From IMG/VR virus record IMGVR_UViG_3300035070_002626, positions 186,001-250,000 of that record: DNA of 64,000 nt; one strand, given 5' to 3'. The notes under the pieces were generated by a model, which had not been told where the DNA came from, did not search any database, and was given only the letters and a program-made list of their open reading frames with translations. A program made the position numbers and the translations under genes. Of the stretch, positions 45,801-55,370 are shown one piece after another (within the stretch, counting starts at the first letter, position 1; each line of letters starts with the position of its first letter).

Positions 45801-48800
45801 CCTGTTACGGTGCCACTTGCAGTCAATGTAGTTGCATCAACCAATGTTGTGTTAACATTACCTGAATCAACATTGCCGCTGAATGTAGCAGCAACACCAC
45901 CTGTGATTGTACCAGCTGTTGAACTTAGTGTACCATCAGTTAGTGTACCGCCTGTTACAGTGCCACTTGCATCTACAGTAGTTGCATTGACTCTAGTTGT
46001 GTTAACATTGCCCGAGTCGACATTACCACTGAATGTAGCAGTTACGCCACCTGTGATACTACCTGCGTTAAGACTTGCTGTGCCATCAGTTAATGTGCCA
46101 GCTTGTACTTGACCACTGAATGTAGCAGCTACGCCACCAGTTACAGTACCACCAGTTGAACTTAGTGTTCCGTCAGTTAGTGTACCACCTGTTACAGTGC
46201 CACTTGCATCTACAGTAGTTGCAGCAACTCTAGTTGTATTAACGTTACCACTGTCAACATTACCACTAAATGTAGCAGCAACACCACCTGTAATACTACC
46301 AGCATTTAGACTTGCAGTACCATCAGTTAGTGTAGCACCTTCAACTGTGCCTGTTGCAGTTAGACTTGTACCAGTAGCAGCACCAATATCTGGTGTTACA
46401 AACTGTGCACCTGCTTTAACAACAACTGCATCAGCAGTGATTGTAGTTGTAGTTTCGTCAACATTTACAGATAGCTCATTACCTGCTTTAGATAGACCGT
46501 CGCCTGCTACAATCGAACCAGCACCTGAGAACTGACTCCAGGTAATAGCAGTTGTACCCATAGTAACCGGAGCGTTTGTTGTACAAACCCAACCACTATC
46601 AAGGTATACTGTGCCTTCTTCAACAAAAGTAAACGCACCTGGAATTTCACTAGTAGGTGAACCATCCATGTCTTCTGCACGAGTTAGAACGTAGGCAGTG
46701 CCTGCGTCACCTAGTGTAGTAACAACATAGATACCATTGTTTGCGGCAGTAGCTTCGTCTTTAACGAGTAGTCTGTCGCCTTGTGCCATTACAACATCAT
46801 CTTGATCAGCTAGTGCACCGTTTGCATTACCTGTTAGTGTAGCGCCTACACCAGCTGTGCCGTTGTCGTATGTGTTAGCTGGCAGGGCAGAAGCAGTTGC
46901 GGCTCTAGTTGAACCTTTAACGTCAAGACCTTCTGCAACACTGTCAACATAGCCTTTATTGGCTGCGTCACTGTCTTGTACTGGATCTGCAAGAGAAACA
47001 ATTTTTGCACTACTTGCATCAATAACGCCTGTGCCACTTGGAAGAAGAACAATGTCTTCATTTGTGCCAGTTGCAGTAAGAGTTACCGAAGTACCTTTAA
47101 CGTCAGTTGTGTTAACCACACTAGCATTTACGTTGCCAGTTGCAGTTACGTCTAGTCCTTGTACTGTACCAGTAAATGTAGCATCGGTTCCGCCTGTGAT
47201 TGCACCAGAGTTGATACTCAATGTGCCATCAGTTAGTGTACCAGCTTGTACTTGACCACTGAATGTAGCAGCTACGCCGCCTGTTAGTGTACCAGCATTA
47301 AGACTTGCAGTACCATCAGTTAGTGTACCACCAGTTACAGTACCACTTGCTGTTAGTGTAGTTGCATCAACTAGTGTTGTGTTAACATTACCACTGTCAA
47401 CATTACCACTGAATGTAGCAGTTACGCCACCTGTGATACTACCACCAGTTAGTGTAGCAGTGCCATCAGTTAGTGTGTCGCCAGTTATAGTACCACTTGC
47501 ATCCACAGTAGTTGCATTGACTCTAGTTGTGTTAACATTACCCGAATCAACATTACCACTAAATGTAGCAGCAACTCCACCTGTTAGTGTGCCACTAGTA
47601 ATACTTGCGGTGCCATCAGTTAGTGTACCGCCTTCAATTGTGCCGCTTGCGGTTACAGATACTGTTGTTACGTCTGCTTGTGATACAATATTACCACCAG
47701 TTACGTTACCAACGGCTGTTAGTGCTTGTGCTTCAAGTGCGCCACCTGTAATCAAGTTACCGGCAGTTACGTTACCACTGAATGTAGCAGCTACGCCGCC
47801 TGTTAGTGTACCAGCAGTAATACTTGCTGTGCCATCAGTTAGTGTACTACCTGTTACAGTGCCACTTGCATCTACGGTAGTTGCATTGACTCTAGTTGTG
47901 TTAACATTACCACTGTCAACATTACCACTGAATGTAGCAGTTACACCGCCTGTGATACTGCCACTATTAAGACTTGCTGTGCCATCAGTTAGTGTACCAC
48001 CTGTTACAGTGCCACTTGCAGTCAATGTAGTTGCATCAACTAGTGTTGTGTTAACATTACCACTGTCAACATTACCACTGAATGTAGCAGCAACACCACC
48101 TGTTAGTGTGCCACTAGTAATACTTGCAGTGCCATCAGTTAGTGTACCACCTGTTACAGTGCCACTTGCAGTTACGCTAACAGTTGTTACATCTGCTTGT
48201 GATACAATATTGCCACCAGTTACGTTACCAACGGCTGTTAGTGCTTGTGCTTCAAGTGCGCCACCTGTAATCAAATTACCAGCAGTTACGTTACCACTGA
48301 ATGTGGCACTCACGCCACCTGTAATTGCGCCGGCAGTAATACTTGCTGTGCCATCAGTTAGTGTGCCACCTGTTACAGTGCCACTTGCATCTACGGTAGT
48401 TGCATTTAATGTAGTTGCATCAACTAGTGTTGTGTTAACATTACCTGAATCAACATTACCACTGAATGTAGCAGTTACACCACCTGTGATTGCACCCGAG
48501 TTGATACTCATTGTGCCATCTGTTAGTGTCGGTGCTGTAACAGAAGTACCAGCTTCGATTGTAGCATCAACGTTTAGTGCTGTTGTTACGTTACCACTTG
48601 GTGCCATGTTGACCAATGTAAGGTCTGCAACTTGTGCATCAGCATAACTTGATAGCGCAACCACGTTGCCACTTGCATCTGCTGATGTGAACCCTGCTGC
48701 AAATTCACTTGCACTTTCGTCCCAAATCCATGCGATGTTAGTTGAATCCCCACGTTCGCCAACAAAGCCAATGTCAAAAACTGGCGAGCCAGTTTGATCT

Positions 48801-49018
48801 TTAGCTAATAGCAAGATTGGATCTTCAATTAGTGTGTTTACAGTATCAAGTGTTGTACTTGTACCTTGTACTGTTAGATTTCCTGTTACGGTAAGGTTAC
48901 TACCGTAGACCAGATTATCTGCCAGCTTACCTGCACTAATACTATTATCAACTAGTTTAGAACTAGCAACGATAGCACCGTCGGTAATCTGGTTATTCTT
49001 AATTCTGGTTATAGCCAT
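42836..49018 (-). CDS. Very long repetitive fibre/virion appendage protein (2060 aa) with C-terminal chaperone domain
   Basis: About 18 TLTDGT-containing repeats in two arrays; YADLAEMY chaperone motif; GGAG SD. Confidence 0.8.
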   Translation of the reverse strand: MAITRIKNNQITDGAIVASSKLVDNSISAGKLADNLVYGSNLTVTGNLTVQGTSTTLDTVNTLIEDPILLLAKDQTGSPVFDIGFVGERGDSTNIAWIWDESASEFAAGFTSADASGNVVALSSYADAQVADLTLVNMAPSGNVTTALNVDATIEAGTSVTAPTLTDGTMSINSGAITGGVTATFSGNVDSGNVNTTLVDATTLNATTVDASGTVTGGTLTDGTASITAGAITGGVSATFSGNVTAGNLITGGALEAQALTAVGNVTGGNIVSQADVTTVSVTASGTVTGGTLTDGTASITSGTLTGGVAATFSGNVDSGNVNTTLVDATTLTASGTVTGGTLTDGTASLNSGSITGGVTATFSGNVDSGNVNTTRVNATTVDASGTVTGSTLTDGTASITAGTLTGGVAATFSGNVTAGNLITGGALEAQALTAVGNVTGGNIVSQADVTTVSVTASGTIEGGTLTDGTASITSGTLTGGVAATFSGNVDSGNVNTTRVNATTVDASGTITGDTLTDGTATLTGGSITGGVTATFSGNVDSGNVNTTLVDATTLTASGTVTGGTLTDGTASLNAGTLTGGVAATFSGQVQAGTLTDGTLSINSGAITGGTDATFTGTVQGLDVTATGNVNASVVNTTDVKGTSVTLTATGTNEDIVLLPSGTGVIDASSAKIVSLADPVQDSDAANKGYVDSVAEGLDVKGSTRAATASALPANTYDNGTAGVGATLTGNANGALADQDDVVMAQGDRLLVKDEATAANNGIYVVTTLGDAGTAYVLTRAEDMDGSPTSEIPGAFTFVEEGTVYLDSGWVCTTNAPVTMGTTAITWSQFSGAGSIVAGDGLSKAGNELSVNVDETTTTITADAVVVKAGAQFVTPDIGAATGTSLTATGTVEGATLTDGTASLNAGSITGGVAATFSGNVDSGNVNTTRVAATTVDASGTVTGGTLTDGTLSSTGGTVTGGVAATFSGQVQAGTLTDGTASLNAGSITGGVTATFSGNVDSGNVNTTRVNATTVDASGTVTGGTLTDGTLSSTAGTITGGVAATFSGNVDSGNVNTTLVDATTLTASGTVTGGTLTDGTASITAGSITGGVAATFSGNVTAGNLITGGALEAQALTAVGNVTGGNIVSQADVTTVSVTASGTVEGATLTDGTASLNAGSITGGVAATFSGNVDSGNVNTTLVDATTLTASGTVTGGTLTDGTLSSTGGTITGGVAATFSGNVDSGNVNTTLVDATTVTASGTVTGGTLTDGTASITAGTLTGGVAATFSGNVDSGNVNTTLVDATTLTASGTVTGGTLTDGTLSSTAGTITGGVAATFSGNVDSGNVNTTGVFADAGTFGNITVNTDSIDSAGETITLNTDSQDVDVLIENAAGNAYVLADAGTSTVAIGENATQTAGATLKVTGTESMMIPVGSTAQRPGTPATGMIRFNTSLDQFEFYDNDSWATAGVEFTVIASETFSGDDSTVAFTLQSTQTTASVIVSINGVVQLPTTAYGVSGTALTFTEAPATGDTIEVREITTTTSIVSLSNGDATAIVEALSGAPTVEVTGNLLPAANVAQNLGSDTKRWNELFLAGSTITLGNVVIKNTGGNAIGFFGPDGTTPGVIDDAVEIAGDSIQSGSSLVDFAGANGNVNITAGGVASMIATTDGANVTGNLTASGNIAATSFIGDGSQLTGIDATQIQNGTTSVATALNGDVTVTRGGTLSATFTAAGMTGDVVGDVTGSADTLSTARAIALSGAVTGTANFDGSSGITIATTATSDPTITLAGDLSGSATLTNLGDATLTATVGTLNQNTTGSAAKLTTPRAIALSGAVTGTANFDGSSGITIATTNTADPTITLAGDLTGSATLTNLGNATLTATIAANSVALGTDTTGNYVGTGATSGSGISGSVSSEGGTFTVTSNATSASTANTIVFRDGSGNFSAGTITATATSAQYADLAEMYAADADIEAGTVVMFGGEGKVAACDSENCRAVAGIISTDPAHLMNSTQEGVALALAGRVPCKVTGPVAAGDLMVSAGNGRAMANNDAAMGTVIGKAIEAHEGGEGVIEVLALMM
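44990..48530 (-). repeat. Degenerate intragenic tandem repeats (about 50-aa unit) in two blocks
   Basis: Recurring DNA such as aatgtagcagcaacaccacctgt and ccatcagttagtgtacc; blocks at about 44990-46350 and 47170-48530. Confidence 0.9.
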
Positions 49019-49035
49019 ATTTTTTTAATCTCCAA

Positions 49036-49183
49036 ATATTAAACCGGTTTTAATATAAGGGTATCTTCAGCTATGCTACTCACCCGCGGGCTTTCACATC
49101 GCCAGTCACTCTTACTTTAAGTTACTGAGTGTAAAAGATCCAAGCAGCATACATGCACCTGAAACTCTTATCAATGTTATTTA
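49036..49183 (-). promoter_or_regulatory. Late promoter (TAAATA 49178-83) plus a structured 5' leader of about 155 nt
   Basis: Nested complementary pairs 49066-70/49159-63, 49072-77/49146-51, 49078-82/49126-30; 8-bp hairpin 49036-43/49049-56 next to the SD. Confidence 0.5.
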
Positions 49184-49232
49184 TTGGATATTAAAAAAAA
49201 TACAGTTGCACATAAAACTGCTTATAACAGCG

Positions 49233-50510
49233 TTATACGGCGCTAATATTACCGGATAACAAAACTTTTTTCCAGTTATCTACGCTGTATACTGCTAAGC
49301 TTGGACTGCCGCCGTCACCGTCAGTGACATAAATTATCTGCCCGTTTGCAACATTAGCAATGTTCGCCGCTGTAGCTACTGTATAAGTTGGTAATTGTAA
49401 ACTTTGTACAGTGCTTATATCAGCAACACCGTTTGTTAACACTTCGATTCGATTGGTGCCGCTAATATTTGTAATACTAGACACTGTGGTAACAGCACTA
49501 ATGAATCTTACTTCAATTGTGTCCCCTGTAGCAGGAGCTTCTGTGAATGTTAATGTAGTTCCGCTAACACTGTATGCAACTGTGGGTTCTTGAATAGTAC
49601 CATTGATACTAATAATAACACCAGCAGTGCTTGATGAGGCGTTCAGTGTAAATACAGTTGTACTACTATCGCCGTTTAGTATTTGGCTGGTAATATTTCC
49701 AAATTCACTGCCGCCAACATTGTCCCAGGTAGCCCCATCATACACTTCAACAAATCCAGTTGTTGTGTTAAATCGTAAATCGCCAGTCTCTGGCGACCCT
49801 GGACGCTGCGCTGTGTTGCCAACAGCAATGCCAAGGGCGGTTGTTGTATCAATTTGTACTGTACCGTTTCCTGTGACTTCAAGAATAATATCTGCGCCCG
49901 ATGCAGATGTGCCAATAGTAGTATCTGTAATTACAAGATTACCAATTGATCCGTCTGAGCCGACACCAAATGGACCAACATATCTAGCACCTACAATGTA
50001 AATACTTTTACCAGTAACGCCTGTATCAATTTGGCTTGGAATATTTTCGCCATTGAAGTTAAGAACGCCTGCTTGATAATCAAAGAACCAACCGTCTTCG
50101 TTACCAGAGCCACTTTGGAATAATTGAGTTCCTGTACTTTGCGGAGTTGCTGAGCCAGTGGTGTCAACATAAACTTTAACAAGATAGGTTGATCCAAATT
50201 CAGTTGGGATCCAATCTGTTAAGTTGGTTTTCCATGTTTGGTTATCAGGTGCTGTTAAATCCTCAGTGCACTCAACAGTTGCAGTACCACCTGCGGCATC
50301 TTGATACACTTCAACGATACTACTAGTTGCACTTGGTTTAACGCTAGGTATTACGCCCGAGCTCTGCCATACTTTGTCCCCACGCATTAACAAAGGTGAT
50401 GGTATACTTTCGTTAAATGCTTCTTTATTTGAAGGAGGAGCAGTTTTGGCAACACCAAACCCTAGTTTTTTCCAAAGAAAATCAACTTTTGTGCTATCTG
50501 CGAGTGCCAT
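49233..50510 (-). CDS. Virion structural (fibre-associated) protein
   Basis: Contains the GxTAQRP..G.LRFN and GDSSTTVFTL...FTEAPATGDTIEVR modules shared with the 2060-aa protein. Confidence 0.65.
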   Translation of the reverse strand: MALADSTKVDFLWKKLGFGVAKTAPPSNKEAFNESIPSPLLMRGDKVWQSSGVIPSVKPSATSSIVEVYQDAAGGTATVECTEDLTAPDNQTWKTNLTDWIPTEFGSTYLVKVYVDTTGSATPQSTGTQLFQSGSGNEDGWFFDYQAGVLNFNGENIPSQIDTGVTGKSIYIVGARYVGPFGVGSDGSIGNLVITDTTIGTSASGADIILEVTGNGTVQIDTTTALGIAVGNTAQRPGSPETGDLRFNTTTGFVEVYDGATWDNVGGSEFGNITSQILNGDSSTTVFTLNASSSTAGVIISINGTIQEPTVAYSVSGTTLTFTEAPATGDTIEVRFISAVTTVSSITNISGTNRIEVLTNGVADISTVQSLQLPTYTVATAANIANVANGQIIYVTDGDGGSPSLAVYSVDNWKKVLLSGNISAV

Positions 50511-53500
50511 TAGCTTGCTACTCCTACACTAACACTGGTAAGTGATTGTCCGCTTGCTAGTGCAATGCGAACTAATACGTTGTTACCGGTTGAATTTGAA
50601 CTGTTTTCACTACCTAATGTCATAGTGTACGCAGCATTAATTGTACTACCTGTTGGTATTACATCAGCGCCAGTGAGTGCACAGCCCAATGATCCGTTGC
50701 CACCATTGCCGGTGTCGTCCCCGGGCACACCCGAACCTGCATATTGCACAGTACCATCAACCCAGCCGTTTGCAGTGCTTGCATCGTCGATAGTAGTACC
50801 AGGTGCAGCAATCCAAAGTCCAGTAATACCTGTTGAACTGTTTAAACTAATGTCAAAGTTGGCCATTGTTGCTCTACGGAATGCAAATGTAAAATATTGT
50901 GTGCCACTTCGTCCTGTGTTAAGGTCTGGACCAGATGGCAAATAGCCGCTACTAAAGTCTGTAGTAAAGTGATCTAACGTGCCCCAGCGCACAACTGCTT
51001 CTTGTGTTCCGGCAATTGTCTCTGCACCGCTCCAGGCATTGGAAGTATAATAGTTTGTTGCACTATTAAATGCAGGATTGTCTGCTGCACTCCCTAATCC
51101 AGTAATTCGCAACCCGTCGTCGTCGTATACACTTCCTAATGCATCTGCAACAGGAATATTCTGTTCATCAAATCCTGATAAACTTGCACTGTAGATTTGA
51201 ATATATTGATTAGTTATGTTTACTACACTACTAGATCCGTTAACATTGAACATCTGACTATCAACATACCCAACTGCTCTTGCGCTACCGTTTACACTCA
51301 GTGTAATATTACCCATTGGTTGCGGGCTTGCAACACCAACGTCTGCATTAACAATGCCGGCAGTAACAAAACTTGGAGTTCCGTCGATATCACTGTAGGT
51401 TTTTGTTTGTGTGTTGATAATACTGCCGCTCGTGCCCTCAGCTAATGTGCCTGTAGTAAACTGTATAGGCTGACTGGTATTTCTGTATGTCTGTCCTGTT
51501 AGGTTAGATACTTCTAATCCTTGAATTTGAATAGCAGGACTACCTGTATTGTAATACGGTACACCCGAAATGTATCTGTAAGTGCCAGCAGTTTGTTCTA
51601 CAATAACTGCATTGCCTTGCACCACTGTTGGTACATCAAACATGTCATCTTTAACAAAATCAACAAGATTAGTGTCGCCAGTTGTAGTATGACTCAATTT
51701 TGCATCGTTGTAACCTACACTAATGCCACTAAGGGCACGTTGCCACCGTGCATCAAATACTTTAGCAAATCCACTTGGGTAAGTGCTTGCACTAATTTCA
51801 TCGTGCGCATCTCCATCTGCAACAACAATCAAATCTGTGTATGTCCCTGATGCATCACCGCTGCTAGTAAATGTAACATTGCCTGCTGCTGATCCGTTAA
51901 ACTGTGCTGACAGTGTTCCTGATATAGCAGTATTTGCATTTGTAACATTGTTTGTATTAATAGTTGTAGTAGTTGTATAGCGTGTAACACTTGATCCAGC
52001 TGCAACAATGTTGCCGCTACTGTTATCCGTAGCATTGGCTGCCAACAATGGAGACGTCCCTTGACTCGAATCTGCTAAACTCAGTGTCTTGGTACTTAAT
52101 GCACCTGGTTGTGCAGGATTTGCATTAATTTGAATATAATTACTCTTGACTTCGCTATCCGATTGTGCTATAGTAGCAGGAGTTCCGTAAACATCTAGCT
52201 CAACTGTATAGTTGCCTGTGCTCGAATAGGTGTTGGTAATGTTACCATTACCAGGTGTACCAGCTCCGCTGGTAATGTTACCGGTTGTGTTGCCGTCGCC
52301 GAACGCCCAATCAAATATTGTTGCATTTTGACTGGTATTGTCAAATGTAAATAATGCTCTGTCTGCACCGTCACGATAGTCTGTAAACACATAACCATCT
52401 TGTGCATTATCGCCTGTTCTGTCACTGAGTGTAACTGCAGACCCGGTGTAGATTGCTCTCACATCTGGTTCAATTGTAATTGTAGTAGTACCACTTACAA
52501 AAGGTGAATTGGTGCTGCCGTTTCTTACTTGTAAGGTAACATCAAATGTTTGGCTCGTGCCGCTTGCTTGGTTACCCGAGCTAAGAGCAAACGTGTGATT
52601 AATAGTAGATCCTGGATTACCAGCAACTCCACTTTGTATATTAACATTAGCAACTGACCCATCATCCCATGTCCAAAGATATTTTTGCTGACTACCAAAC
52701 ACCGCAGTAGACCCTGGATCAGTGGCAACAGTGTTTGTAAATGTTACCACACCACCGGAGGTTGCTTCTTCGTTGACTAATGTAGTTGCACTAGCAGTAA
52801 ACTGACTAGTGTGATCACTGTACACACTTACTGTCCCTGGCGCACTGTATACTGTAACCGGGGTTGGTCCGGCAGTGCTTGACGTACCGGCTAGTACAAT
52901 TGTGTACTGCTCATCGCCGCCCGAGTTGGTATAGGTATTTGTAAGTGTTGTCCAACCCAATGCTGGGTTTGTATTTGCAACACCATCTCCCCAATCAAGT
53001 TCGTAACTTGATGTTACATTTGTTGATGTGTTATTAATCTCAGCTAATGCACCACTGTCGATGCTGTTGTCTGTTATAGTAAATGCCGGTACAGGATTCG
53101 GAGTGTAAAGTGTAATATAGTTTGTTCTAGTTCTAGTGTCAACTGAACCTTTTGCGCCAAGAGAAACATTTCCTTGGTAAGTGCCATCAGAGTTAAATGC
53201 TGTCAGTGACACAGTAAATTGTCCGCCAGCATCATCGTTGTACGTATGACTAACATTAAGTCCACTGGTTGATGTATTACCGTCGCCAAAGTCCCAGAGA
53301 TAGTTATCAGCAGTGCCCACTAAACTTCCACTAAATGTTACAGTTTGTGGACTTGGACCTGCAAGAGGTGTACCAGTAAATTCAACTTGGCCAACATATG
53401 TACCATTGGCAATGTTTAGTGCAACTTGGTTGAGATCATCAAGACCATCGGTTACAAACGTGTTAGTCGTCCAATCATTGTACGCTACGTTGGTTGTTAG

Positions 53501-53896
53501 ATCCCCGTCAGTTGGTGTGCCAAGGCTAATAACATTACCTGTTAGTCCTCCAACATTACTGATAGGAATAAAACTTAGAACGCCGCTACCGTCAGTGCTC
53601 AACACTGTGCCGCTTGAGCCGCCAGTGATTGTTATATCTTCAACTGCACCTAAGTTAAGCTCTGACCCTGACAGGTCGAGGTTCCCAAGATCGGACGTGA
53701 TACTATTACCGGTGATTACAACATTACCAATTGAGGCATCGTCGGGTGTTGTAATAGCATGAGTAGTCGATGTAGTGTTAACACCAATTCTGCTGTTAGC
53801 CACGTCGATGTACAACGCATCTGTGCTAATTGCTAAATTAGTGCTCCGTTGTAAATCGTTTGCTAATGCATTACCAGAAACCCGTGCAATTGCCAT
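50510..53896 (-). CDS. Large virion structural protein with PKD/Ig-like domains
   Basis: YLWDFGDG, ELDWGDG, WTWDDG, DWAFGDG PKD signatures; TATAAATA at about 53925-32. Confidence 0.75.
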   Translation of the reverse strand: MAIARVSGNALANDLQRSTNLAISTDALYIDVANSRIGVNTTSTTHAITTPDDASIGNVVITGNSITSDLGNLDLSGSELNLGAVEDITITGGSSGTVLSTDGSGVLSFIPISNVGGLTGNVISLGTPTDGDLTTNVAYNDWTTNTFVTDGLDDLNQVALNIANGTYVGQVEFTGTPLAGPSPQTVTFSGSLVGTADNYLWDFGDGNTSTSGLNVSHTYNDDAGGQFTVSLTAFNSDGTYQGNVSLGAKGSVDTRTRTNYITLYTPNPVPAFTITDNSIDSGALAEINNTSTNVTSSYELDWGDGVANTNPALGWTTLTNTYTNSGGDEQYTIVLAGTSSTAGPTPVTVYSAPGTVSVYSDHTSQFTASATTLVNEEATSGGVVTFTNTVATDPGSTAVFGSQQKYLWTWDDGSVANVNIQSGVAGNPGSTINHTFALSSGNQASGTSQTFDVTLQVRNGSTNSPFVSGTTTITIEPDVRAIYTGSAVTLSDRTGDNAQDGYVFTDYRDGADRALFTFDNTSQNATIFDWAFGDGNTTGNITSGAGTPGNGNITNTYSSTGNYTVELDVYGTPATIAQSDSEVKSNYIQINANPAQPGALSTKTLSLADSSQGTSPLLAANATDNSSGNIVAAGSSVTRYTTTTTINTNNVTNANTAISGTLSAQFNGSAAGNVTFTSSGDASGTYTDLIVVADGDAHDEISASTYPSGFAKVFDARWQRALSGISVGYNDAKLSHTTTGDTNLVDFVKDDMFDVPTVVQGNAVIVEQTAGTYRYISGVPYYNTGSPAIQIQGLEVSNLTGQTYRNTSQPIQFTTGTLAEGTSGSIINTQTKTYSDIDGTPSFVTAGIVNADVGVASPQPMGNITLSVNGSARAVGYVDSQMFNVNGSSSVVNITNQYIQIYSASLSGFDEQNIPVADALGSVYDDDGLRITGLGSAADNPAFNSATNYYTSNAWSGAETIAGTQEAVVRWGTLDHFTTDFSSGYLPSGPDLNTGRSGTQYFTFAFRRATMANFDISLNSSTGITGLWIAAPGTTIDDASTANGWVDGTVQYAGSGVPGDDTGNGGNGSLGCALTGADVIPTGSTINAAYTMTLGSENSSNSTGNNVLVRIALASGQSLTSVSVGVAS

Positions 53897-53943
53897 TTAT
53901 AATGCTATCCTCTAAATCTTATTGTATTTATACTAGTTTTGAT

Positions 53944-54378
53944 CTAGGTTCCAGGTACTGTTCCCAGCCCGTGAATTACATGAATTGGCTCAGCATCAAG
54001 CGGTGCTGCACTAAACGTAATGTCATTTCCTCCGCCAGTGATGGTATACACACCCACAGGTTGCTGATAAATGTTTGAAACAAAAGTAATAACTTGATCT
54101 TCGTTACTCACTGATGTACTAAGCGTAAATGAAAGCGTAGACCCATCACCTGTAAATGCATCAACTACTAAATTTGCTTCTCCAGCAACGCCAACTGACT
54201 TGAATACAGTTCCATCAAAATATTCCATACCGCCAGTGCTAGTGTTAAACCTAAAACTACCAAATATCGGAGCAGTAGGTCGATCAGCGGTTGCTCCGCC
54301 CGGAATAATCACACTCGAGGTGCTCGCCGGTATTCTGTGATTTTTTAAAAATTGCCCCGAGCTTGGATTAGCAGCCAT
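53944..54378 (-). CDS. Small virion structural protein
   Basis: GATADRP..GSFRFN and FTGDGSTLSFTL modules. Confidence 0.65.
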   Translation of the reverse strand: MAANPSSGQFLKNHRIPASTSSVIIPGGATADRPTAPIFGSFRFNTSTGGMEYFDGTVFKSVGVAGEANLVVDAFTGDGSTLSFTLSTSVSNEDQVITFVSNIYQQPVGVYTITGGGNDITFSAAPLDAEPIHVIHGLGTVPGT

Positions 54379-54379
54379 A

Positions 54380-54694
54380 TTAGATACCAGTATACGAAAT
54401 TACTGAATTCACTCCTGTTGCAACATTTGCAACAGCACTAATAAAATCATTGTTACCAAGCAATAGTTTTTCACCGCCTGCATATAATTGATATGTGTCA
54501 GTTGCCGTGATTTCTAATGATTTTGTAATACAATTAACATTTCCTACGCTATCTCCACTTGGGACAACATGTATATCTATACTAATAGTAGAACTAGTAT
54601 AATTTGTAAACGCTGCATATGTAATTGCACTGTTATCCGAGCTTGTGTACACTGTGGTATCTGAGTTTACAACTTCGGTTGTTTGAATTGCCAT
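54380..54694 (-). CDS. Small beta-rich structural protein
   Basis: 104-aa ORF, coupled; AAGGA SD. Confidence 0.6.
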   Translation of the reverse strand: MAIQTTEVVNSDTTVYTSSDNSAITYAAFTNYTSSTISIDIHVVPSGDSVGNVNCITKSLEITATDTYQLYAGGEKLLLGNNDFISAVANVATGVNSVISYTGI

Positions 54695-54704
54695 TTTTTA
54701 ATCC

Positions 54705-55370
54705 TTAAAATATAATGCCATAAACGATGGCCTTGCTTTTGCTTACTAGTTCGTCGGATGTGGAGCCATCAACAAAATAAACACCAGTTCCGCCACTGCC
54801 TACTGTGTTTGCATACAAAACTGTGGTATTTGCTACTGAGGCAGGGGCACTACTCTGATCAGAAAGTTGAATTGCGCCGTCAACAGCAACATTGCCAGTG
54901 GCGCTAACAATTCCTGTAATCGAAAGTGTATCAGTGGCTTGATCCCAGGTGAATTCTGCCTCACCGCCGAACGTACCTGCATTATTAAATTGGATAGCAG
55001 TATTAGGACCACCTGGTGAACCAGCTGATGCTGTCCCGATTGCATCCCAAGTGCCAGTTTCTCCGCTTGCACTAGTAGAAGTACTCAATTCCCAGCGGCC
55101 GTTATCAACACTATATCTAATTCCAGCGTAGTTGCTTGCTGTTTTGTGAGTTAATACACCTGCATTAGCAGCATAAGTTGCTGTGTTACTACTGTTTAAA
55201 ACAATAAACGGATCTGATACATTAAGTTCTTCAGTATTAATATACGTTAAGTTGCCGCTAACCACCAAGTTACCGTCAACTTCAAGAGTATCTGTATCAA
55301 TGTATACTCTGTCATCGGCATTTATTGTTTCAATATAGTAATCGCCGTCAATTCTTTTTTTTGTGTTCAT
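54705..55370 (-). CDS. Fibre-like structural protein
   Basis: VDGNLVVSGN, DPFIVLN, GGPNTAIQFNNAGTFGG; shares DP.I.L with the N-terminus of the 2060-aa protein. Confidence 0.6.
   Translation of the reverse strand: MNTKKRIDGDYYIETINADDRVYIDTDTLEVDGNLVVSGNLTYINTEELNVSDPFIVLNSSNTATYAANAGVLTHKTASNYAGIRYSVDNGRWELSTSTSASGETGTWDAIGTASAGSPGGPNTAIQFNNAGTFGGEAEFTWDQATDTLSITGIVSATGNVAVDGAIQLSDQSSAPASVANTTVLYANTVGSGGTGVYFVDGSTSDELVSKSKAIVYGIIF

Noticed and set aside
44990-48530. Possible CRISPR array or mini-array from recurring 20-30 nt motifs
   Set aside because: Repeats are in frame, vary at third codon positions, lack unique spacers, and no cas genes are present.
43077-48647. Long plus-strand ORFs (e.g. 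44937..46112, 47379..48647)
   Set aside because: Antisense shadows of the stop-poor repetitive fibre gene; V/P/L/T/S-rich mirror composition, and no SD or promoter.
41097-49018. Diversity-generating retroelement or shufflon acting on duplicated fibre C-termini
   Set aside because: No reverse transcriptase or invertase in the window, both copies are in the same orientation, and differences are not adenine-restricted by eye.
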